From Epiperipatus broadwayi (taxonomy: Eukaryota > Animalia > Onychophora), in assembly GCA_028023455.1 (NCBI GenBank), contig JAQFVV010000005.1, forward strand, positions 5,580,001 through 5,644,000: a DNA stretch of 64,000 nt, given 5' to 3'. Under the pieces are notes generated by a model. The model made no database searches. It saw only the letters and a list, made by a program, of their open reading frames with translations, and had not been told where the DNA came from. The position numbers were made by a program, and so were the translations under genes. This document shows, piece after piece, positions 55,501-64,000 of this stretch (within the stretch, counting starts at the first letter, position 1; every line of letters begins with the position of its first letter).

Positions 55501-56217
55501 AATGTTATCAATGGAGATAAGACTTCAAAGGATTAATTTAAAATAAAATACCAATATTCTAAATTATTTATTTCAATTAATCAAAATGCTAAAATATTCA
55601 AATCAATAAAAACAATGATTAACATTTAAAGTAGCAATTAAACATAATAAGGAACAATAGTTTATAGTTTAGACACCACCTAGTTGCAATTTTACAATTT
55701 ATTAACTTTAAAATAGTTGTTACTATTACGAAAACTACTAATTTATCTTCTTTTTTTTAAACTCAAATTAATATTTTTCTAATACTGATGGCCCACCTTG
55801 AATTGAAATCAATTACTACATCATCCTAACGTTCAATAAGTAAAAAAAAATAACACCTTATACATACGATAATGACATTAACAAGTAAAAATTTGGTTTT
55901 AAAAACAATAAATAAAAATGTTTAAAAATCCGTACAATTATTTTCCATATGGAAAAAAAAACAGCATCACAAATTTAAGCATTCCGATCGTGAAAAGCAC
56001 TCGTTGCACAAAAACGTTAATTCATCCCCAAGTCTCGACCCAACACCGACATATTTAAGCTTTGTGCAGGAGTCCATCAACATTTGTAATCCGTATGAAG
56101 TTTTCGGTTTCTAGAATAATGACAAAACGTCTCAACAAAATATATACAGAACATAAATTGAAGTTAATTACTGTCAAGTAAATATTTAATATCCAACGTC
56201 GCTAAAAGATCTCTGCC

Positions 56218-56280
56218 GACATCTTTACCTGACAGTATTAGAGTTTGTGAAGGCCAAATCTAATGCTGTCCGGTAAGATG
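56218..56280 (-). ncRNA. mir-8: pre-microRNA mir-8 (miR-8/200 family)
   Basis: Minus strand 3p arm UAAUACUGUCAGGUAAAGAUGUC (56240-56218) matches canonical miR-8-3p. 5p arm CAUCUUACCGGACAGCAUUAGA (56280-56259). 18-nt loop. The duplex has 2-nt 3' overhangs at both ends. Confidence 0.98.
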
Positions 56281-57080
56281 ACGCCGAAGATCATCAAAAA
56301 ATTCAAGATAAATCTCCATAAGTAATTAAGTTCTATTTTCAAAAATAATTTATGGTCGCCCATTGATCGTTTTTCAATTTTAAAAAGTAACTAGTGTTGA
56401 TTTCGGAGAACTAATAATGATATTAAAAAAAAAAAAACCTAATAACGTAAGAGAAGTAAAGGCTCAAAATATACGACTTCAATCCTTATTAAGGGTGAAT
56501 AACCATCTAATCTGATCCGTCCATCATTTCTAGAGCGCTGATTTACCACACCCGATAATCCCAACTATTCTTAGTATTTCAAGCAAACATAGTAAAACAA
56601 AAAACAGAGCATAAAATAATTAAATGATGTGATGTATATACATAGATAAATATTCTATGTAAAAACTTTCATATTACTGATCCACTTTTGGAGTTTTTGT
56701 TTGTTTTTTAATTAAGACATATTTTTGAGATGCGTTAAATAAGAGCAAAGTTATTTAACATCCAAGCAAGCGAACGTTGATTACCATCAGAAGAGACTTT
56801 GACAAGTTGAATACTAACATTTTGAAAAATAAAATAAATAGTTAAATCTATAACACGCCTGTTATGTAAATTAGTTTATTAGCTACGTCAACATTCTACA
56901 GATGACGATTAAAACCACTAGCATTTATATGATTCAAATAGCCTACTGCATTTGAAACACTTCTACCCTACCTAAAGTTTTCCACGCAAAGATCACGATA
57001 AATTGGCGGGAGGCCAAAATGATTTTCCCTCTGGGCTAAAATAGAAGCAAATAGCGCTATAGGGGTGTGATCATAAAGAC

Positions 57081-57335
57081 TTATGAATGACATATAGGGA
57101 TGTAGGAGCAACCTATCTTCTGGAAATTAGAAAAGTAAATAACAGAAACGTTACTGCATGCAAACATCTTTAAATTAAAAATCACCTGATTTTCATCCAA
57201 AGAATGAACACTAGTAGACGATTTTCCAGTAGAATTAAACTCCCACGTCGATATTTTTTTCTCATCACCATTTACTAGATTTATTTGGATATTATCCTTT
57301 AGTTGAGTATATTTATTATTTTTAGTCTCAGCCAT
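57081..57335 (-). CDS. Candidate small ORF in the putative mir-8 host transcript (84 aa unspliced, 62 aa if intron 57185-57120 is removed)
   Basis: ATG at 57335 directly after a strong acceptor (TTTTATTTTACTTTTTTATATTCAAG|ATGGCT). Internal donor CAG|GTGATT and acceptor TTTTCTAATTTCCAG|. No protein homology recognised. Confidence 0.3.
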   Translation of the reverse strand: MAETKNNKYTQLKDNIQINLVNGDEKKISTWEFNSTGKSSTSVHSLDENQVIFNLKMFACSNVSVIYFSNFQKIGCSYIPICHS

Positions 57336-59129
57336 CTTGAATATAAAAAAGTAAAATAAAATAAACGATGTAAGCTTCAACTTAAAGCTTATATTTCAGC
57401 GTTATAGAATTCATGAGATGTTCGATAAAATTTTCAACAAAAACATATTTCGATTTTAGGCTTATAAAATTTCAAAATAGTCGCTCCACTTTTTTCTTGT
57501 AATGTCTCTTAACAACTTTCTCAATGTGACAAATCCAAGTCAATAAAACTTTTGTTCATTTTATATCCTATCGTATTGTTTTGAAGGGAGCGCCTTAGAA
57601 ATTACAACATGGTGACAGATGGCGTAAAGCAAGGACACAAATGATTGGTCACATTACAATAATAGCTTTAAGATGAACCAATTAAATATATTGTTACAGT
57701 TAATGATTTTCTTCTTAAGCGCAGGCGCCATAACCTTTGTGTTCATAACAGGTGCAACAGAGTACCGATTCATCCATGCATCAGTCGGCCTTTTTCTGAC
57801 CGGCCTAACAGCACATGTCGCATAATTATTAGCTATTATTATATTAAGCGCTTTTAAATAATGTGATGCTTAGATTTACTCTATTAGTTTACACACAATA
57901 AGAATGAAAAAAAAACGTGCAGCTGAAGGTAATCTAGCATATTCACGAATTCGTAATTCTGACAAACGGTTTTAAAATGAGGCCGAGAAATTCTCACAAA
58001 TTATTAAGTTGCGGTAATTCCTTTTATATAACGTCTTTTTAGATAGCTATAATCAAAGATAATAAATCTCGAAGTAATTATTTTAAAAGGAAAAAGCTAA
58101 AAATAATTCAATTTACTTTTATGATCAGTATTTATGCTAATAAAAATAAATCGAGCACATATATATATTTTAATTTATTCAATTACTTTTCTTTATGCAT
58201 TTATGTTTTGTTTTAAATTTAACTTTGCATATTATCTTAAAGTAAATATATATTATTTACCTTTAATAAATTTTAATTTTAACGATTCATTTATCATAAA
58301 AATATAAACTTTTCTATACATTAGTAATAGTACAAAAAGCCATAGTAAGAATAACGCTTTTCTCTTAAAGGTTTATTATTATTTTATAGGACTTATGCCT
58401 GAAACTTTGTGCCAATCACAGCACTTTCACCAATCATTCTTAAAGAATTGACCAAATTGTTTTCCATTAATATTTTTTCAGACATTTAATTCTTGCATGA
58501 CAAGTTAGTAACTTAAATCAAAAAAGGATTTGCATGAGTTATTGATTGTAAAAACTAGGTTTTGATATAATTTTTTTTATAGATTTTATGAAAAATCAGC
58601 TGTATTATTTATATTGCTATGTGAACTCGAAGATATGAAGAATTTATGAAGTCTCTAGTAATTTGGCATTAAATCTGAATAAAATTTATGTTTGAAGATT
58701 GAATATGAAATAAACATTTGTATCATTAAAATAGTGATATTTTTTTATAAATAATTTTTAAGTAATAAACAAAAATACTCAAACATACAGTTACTGACAA
58801 AAGAATAGTTCTATATATTTAATCATGCAAGTTATTTCGAGTTAAAAAATATTAACTTGAATAATGAAAAATTAAAGACAGCCATTAGATGAAACAATAC
58901 TGCACTGCTATTCTCTGTTTTTTTGACTTGATGCTTATGTATTTGATTTAGGATGGATATAGACAAATTTCTACTGCCTAAACTAGGAAAATGATATCAG
59001 TTTTAGTTTTGATTTGTACATAGAATCTTAGGATATAGAAGTAAAGCATCCAGCTATTGCATTCCTGAATTGGAGTTTCATTCTGGGCTGCAGAAGATTC
59101 CAAAAAATTATACCATTTGCTAAATTGAA

Positions 59130-59359
59130 TTATATATCCATATGCTTTATTATTGGGTAATAAAGATTATTACCACCTACCCCTGTGCATGTTGAAAAGT
59201 TTTTTTTTCTTTCAAATATTAATCTGTTTTTAAGTATTAAAAAAAAAAACTTTTTTTTTTTTCCATATGTCATAGCATCGGCCGGGACGCAAACCCACAA
59301 CCATCTGCCACCAACTACTTGCTTGCATGGCGGTTGCAATACCTCTCGGCTAACAACGC
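59130..59359 (-). mobile_element. tRNA-derived SINE with a well-preserved 85-nt head
   Basis: Minus strand 59359-59275: A-box TAGCCGAGAGG, B-box-like GGTTTGCGTCCC, acceptor-like GCGTTG/CGATGC pairing. CpGs retained. No proper anticodon stem. Confidence 0.6.
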
Positions 59360-60276
59360 AAGACAACAAAACTTATTTTAAAAGAAAAATATTACAATTT
59401 TGATTAAATATCAATAATAATTATGTATTTATAATTCTATGCCCAAATACAGTTGGAATAACGAAGTAACAGAATACTGCAAACAGATCATCCCCAGCAA
59501 GAGTTTGTATTGTTTACCATCTGTTGATTTTTATATATACACATATATCTTCTTGTCTCTGAGTATATAAGCCTTTGGAATACCTACTGGATGAAAAAAA
59601 ATTTGAATTTGGAACAGTTTAAAAGCCATATTAAGCAGAAGCATATTTTTTTTAGTTTATATTATTCCTCTTCACTTTGTGGACTCCTGGATAGATGTGT
59701 ATTTGGGAAAATCTTCACAATTCACAAACATATGAAAGGACAAAAAGAAACAAATCATGACCAGAATTCGATTATTGAAAATGCCAGATGAATGTTAGAT
59801 ATGATGTCAATGAATAATGAATCTAGAAGCTTGCTGATGTATAGAAAAGATCTCAGCCTAAGAAAACAAATGAAAGAAAGATAGGATAAAAATTGTACTT
59901 GCAAATAATACAGTATCTGATCAGCTTTTCAAAGTCTTGGCACAATGTGAGGAATTCTAATCTTTATAAAACTTAAATGTAAAATACTGAAAAATAATTA
60001 TGAAATTTTATATTTATGTGGAAAGACAAACATTGATGATACTAGTTGCCCCATTGAAAAATAATTAAAACCCAAAATGATACATCTGTCTAGAATAGCC
60101 ATAAGAATATTGCCAGAAAATGTAAAAAAAAAAAAAAAACTTCATAGAGCAATGGCAAATAATTCCTTAAATCAATCTGTTGATAATCTTGGAAAGAACT
60201 CATTATCTTGCTCTTGTAAAGGAAAATGAAGAAATCAAATACACTCTTGGAATAAACATTAAATTTCTATTAACAT

Positions 60277-60396
60277 TGTCTTTAACTGAATAGCCTAGTT
60301 AGTTAGAACTCCACTTTCAATTCAATATTTATAATCTCTGTCTTTAACTGAATAGCCTAGTTGCTAGAACTCCACTTTCAATTCAATATTTATAAT
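60277..60396. repeat. ~62-bp tandem duplication (2 near-identical copies)
   Basis: TGTCTTTAACTGAATAGCCTAGTT...AGAACTCCACTTTCAATTCAATATTTATAAT at 60277 and 60339. Confidence 0.93.
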
Positions 60397-63300
60397 ATTG
60401 GACTGCTATTTTGTCAAACCAGGATTATCTGAAAAAAAAAAAAAAATCACTCAAAACATTGTGTTCTATACTCCTGAGTGTTATTAAAAATCAAAAGTAT
60501 TTTTCAGAGTATAAATAAGAATTTTTCTAAAAGCACTTAACAATTCAAGTAAAGGATAGAAATAGTCCAATAATATAACTATCATTAAACTTTAAATATT
60601 CTAATAATAGTAATCATAATCAGTTACTCAGGAGATTATAATTCCACTCAAATAATAAGTTGAGCACACCAGTTTGGTATAATTGGTTTGTTTCAATTTT
60701 CTCTGGAAATCGATTCAGAAACTTTCAGTTCAATTCTTTCATTATGTAACAATATAAAAAAATCTCAGATTATTTTTTTAAAGTGAAAATATAACACACT
60801 AATTGAATATTAGTCAAATTATAAAGTATCTGTCTAAGTTATTACAAATAAAAGCAATGTTTTTAATTAATTTTTTAAAAATAAATATGAAGTCAACTGC
60901 ATTTCCATTTTGCAATAGTTAGTGTTGATGAGTAGATTCATGTATTTTAGGGATCTTAAGACTTATGTTGGTAGGGGAAATCTCCAGTATCTTGAAAGAG
61001 AAGGATTAAATTAAAAGAAACAATGTTGTAAAACATTGAATTGGTTTTGCATTACTCATAAAAATTTTGAACTACCAAAAAAAAAAAGTGTATTATGGAA
61101 AGAATGAAAGGTCTGCGAATTTAAAAGCTGGATATGTACAAAAATCATCAATAATTAAGAACTGAAGAAATAAAAATAGGTATTGTATTATGAAAATAAA
61201 ATAAACAGGGTTTAAATATTATTACCATAAGAAATTATGTCTACTGTGTACCATTGAGCAATATAAAAGGAGAGGAATAGCCAGATTTTGTAAAGGAAAT
61301 TTGAAATCAAAATAATATTCAAGAAAGTTTGTAACAATATTTGAAAATATGTAGCTACCAATGAAAGTTTAGTCATATTTTATATTTGTTACATAATGGT
61401 ATCAACAACAAAAAAAAACATTACTGGTAGTGAAAAAACTGAAGTATTTGAAATAATATTAGACAGAGATGTGAATTAACCCAATCTTGTTTTTCACTTT
61501 TTTTAACTGATCATGGAGTACTTTATAGATGTATCCATGAAGCAAGCATCAAGATATGATATAATAATTGATATTAAAGTTTTTCATTTTAGTGACTAAA
61601 ATCAAAACTTTTTTTTTTTTTTCGTTTCAAGCTGTACATTGTACCATTGAGAAGCCCCCCCCCCCCATCAATGAATTATTGACCAATGATTTAAAAACTC
61701 AAGTATTTGTGATTATCAGCTTGAGAATGTAGGTCAATTTAAATACCTTGATAACTTCATAAATAGAAAGACAAATTTTGGTGTACAGCTGCTGCATTTA
61801 AGAAGCTAAAAGAATAATATATTTTGCCAATGAGAAATAATGCATCAACTAACTGAGTTTATATATAATGGTTGTTATTCTGCCAAATGTATTGTGTGAA
61901 AATGAAACATTCACCCTATCAGAGTCATGTTGACACTAAAAAAATGTCATTTGGGCATGTTTTATAATAAATCAAAAGAATCATATACTTTTCAATTTGC
62001 TACATATTAAATCTATTACTTACAGGGATAAGATCTTCATTGAATGGGTATGTGAATTGAGTAAGTGATAATAATGGACTTATTAAAAAATATATTTTAT
62101 AAAAAAGTATTGAAATTGGTTTTTGAGAGAGATATCACTTTTATATTATAAAAATTATATTAAAACAATAAGTATTAACCTGTAAAGAGGACAGAATACA
62201 ATGGAGAGCTATAATTTGGGGAAATGTAGAAATTTTTTAGAAGGAAACATTTACTGCAAATAAAATTAAAAAACCTCATTGCAAATTGTCAAATAACAGA
62301 CTACAGAATCAGCATGTGATTTATATGGATATATTTGTGGATCATAAGTTTTTATATTGGGTTGTGGCAATCATTCAAAAATCATCTTTAGCATCTGTCT
62401 GCACTTTTTTTCCAAATTAGAATAGTTTTACTCATTTATGAATGGCTGCTAATAAATGCAAGTAGATATATAATCCAGCTTTTAAATATTTTACTGTTGA
62501 GCAAAGGCCTCCAACAGTGAAGGATAAGGCAATTACTAGATGGTGATAGTTTAGGAAGTTTTGAGCCTCCAGCTAAAAATAGCTAAATATCCCAATTAAC
62601 TATTTATATTAAATAGTTAATTAGGTTGGTTACAGGCTAGCTATTTAAAAGGAAATCCTGTCTGGTTAGAGGGGAAAAAATTCAAATTGAGATCTTGGGG
62701 AATTGGAGAGGAGATATTCTACCATTACAGCATGAAGTTATTGTATGCATATATGATTGCAAATGTAAAAAAAATTATAAAAGGATTGGCTAGCTGATAA
62801 TTGGGTTGACTATGGGTCAATCAAGCCAGTTATTCATTTAATATTAACATTGATTTGTACATTAAATTTGTTAAATACATTAAATTGTTTTGTATTTGGA
62901 CAATTCGATAAAGAATAAATAATTGTTATTTTATAGGATAGATAGTATCATGGGCAACATTATTATGAATTGTTCAATAAAATTTTATGGAAACATTTTT
63001 CATGCATAATTAATGTAATGATAGAAGGTCAAATCCTGGAGCATAAGACTCATATCAATTCCAGTTTGGGCTTTTGCCAACTTAGACTCCTTATCAACTT
63101 CCAAACAGCATTTGATTAATGAACAATTATCTTACCCAAACAACATAACCAGATCAAGTTTTATATAGTAGGATTATATATGTAAATTGTATAACTTTTA
63201 TGAAAATGAATGCAAATAAATTATTTTATAACTTAATTGAAAAACTTATTCAAAAATGAATAAAGTATGCAAGGATAGCATATTAAAATTGCATGCTATT

Positions 63301-63699
63301 TTAATATATTTATTGATAGATATATTACAATAATATACTAATAATTATTAATAACATTTATAGCTAAATTAGTCATTATATATATTATTTCATTTTCTCA
63401 CTATTATCTTTTAACTTGCTGATTTCAGTTAATTATATTAATAGGGGATTCTGTCATTATAAGCCTCTTGTCATTAAGCACCTCTCTGCACTAACAGAAT
63501 CAATGGGATTGTTTATTTATGCAACCATATTTTTATCCTTTAATTACATGAGCAATTATTGGCTCTAGTCTTTATTTTTTCTTCTTTGCTTTCTAATTTT
63601 TTATTTTTCAAATTCTCTTTCTTCTGAAATTAGAATTGATTTTAAGCCAATAAACATCACATGATCACTATTTCTTATGCTTGCTCTTACCTATTATTA

Positions 63700-63872
63700 A
63701 AACAGGCAAAACTCTCTATACGTATTGCTTACATATCCAAGGCTCCTCACTGATGAAGGCCACAAGCCAGAAACTAGTCTGGGGATATTGGATGAGTATG
63801 CACAAGCCTCCTGGCATCCATTGATTACTCTGGCTACCGAGTGGCAATATGTATAGAGAGTTTTGCCTGTTT
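63700..63872 (+). mobile_element. 173-bp inverted-repeat-bounded element carrying a hammerhead motif (Penelope-like or retrozyme-like)
   Basis: 63700-63728 pairs with 63844-63872 (28 Watson-Crick pairs plus 1 G-U). Confidence 0.75.
63733..63794 (+). ncRNA. Type I hammerhead ribozyme motif
   Basis: Helix I: TCCTCA/TGGGGA, internal loop, then ATCCAA/TTGGAT. Core CUGAUGA (63750-63756). Helix II GGC/GCC with CACAA loop. GAAA (63770-63773). Minimal helix III with palindromic CUAG. GUC cleavage triplet ending at 63779. Confidence 0.8.
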
Positions 63873-64000
63873 GAATTAGGTTATATTTTTTTCTAAGTAA
63901 TGAAAATGATGATTATATGAAGAATACACAAGGTGATGATAATATTTGTAGATAACAGTCTGGGTTAATGTATGACTTGGTTTTGGGGGAGCAATGGCTA

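Larger units (their letters stand above)
55920..58100. promoter_or_regulatory. CpG-rich island / probable promoter region
   Basis: CpG is frequent here but rare across most of the window. Contains AGATGGCG (YY1/Pho-like, 57617-57624), CCAAT boxes (57644-57648 rc, 57678-57682) and GCGCAGGCGC (NRF1/Ewg-like, 57719-57728). Confidence 0.65.

Noticed and set aside
56229-56334. Exon suggested by CAG|GTAAAG (minus) and CCG|GTAAGA (plus) donor-like motifs
   Set aside because: Both motifs are parts of the conserved miR-8 arms, and the minus-strand segment has stops in all three frames.
59275-59359. Functional tRNA gene
   Set aside because: The anticodon stem does not pair, the T-loop deviates (TTTGCGT) and the D-stem is broken. 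Treated as a SINE head.
437-59791. Remaining short ORF-track entries (60-105 aa, rich in F/I/L/K/N/Y)
   Set aside because: Their composition is what stop-free runs in ~75% AT DNA produce. Many use TTG/GTG starts and none shows a domain.

Overview
Eukaryotic, very AT-rich (roughly three-quarters A+T by eye), CpG-depleted animal DNA. mir-8 and a TATA + TCAGTC initiator arrangement suggest a protostome, probably an arthropod (inference). No recognisable host protein-coding gene is present, and almost all ORF-track entries are AT-rich noise or transposon debris. The window is an intronic/intergenic transposon graveyard. It holds a 5'-truncated L1/Tx1-like LINE, RTE-clade LINE fragments, tRNA-derived SINEs, a full-length decayed Buster/SPIN-like hAT transposon and two hAT MITEs with perfect 8-bp TSDs. 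It also holds mariner, Tc1 and Tigger remnants, two related solo LTRs each in an ATAT target, and several long fold-back elements. The clearest functional locus is a CpG-rich island at about 55.9-58.1 kb containing an intact pre-mir-8 on the minus strand (56218-56280), with a candidate spliced host transcript and small ORF upstream. The most unusual object is a ~175-190-bp element at 63.7-63.9 kb: a type I hammerhead-ribozyme motif enclosed by a near-perfect 29-bp inverted repeat. All alignments and translations were done by eye, so boundaries of decayed elements are approximate.
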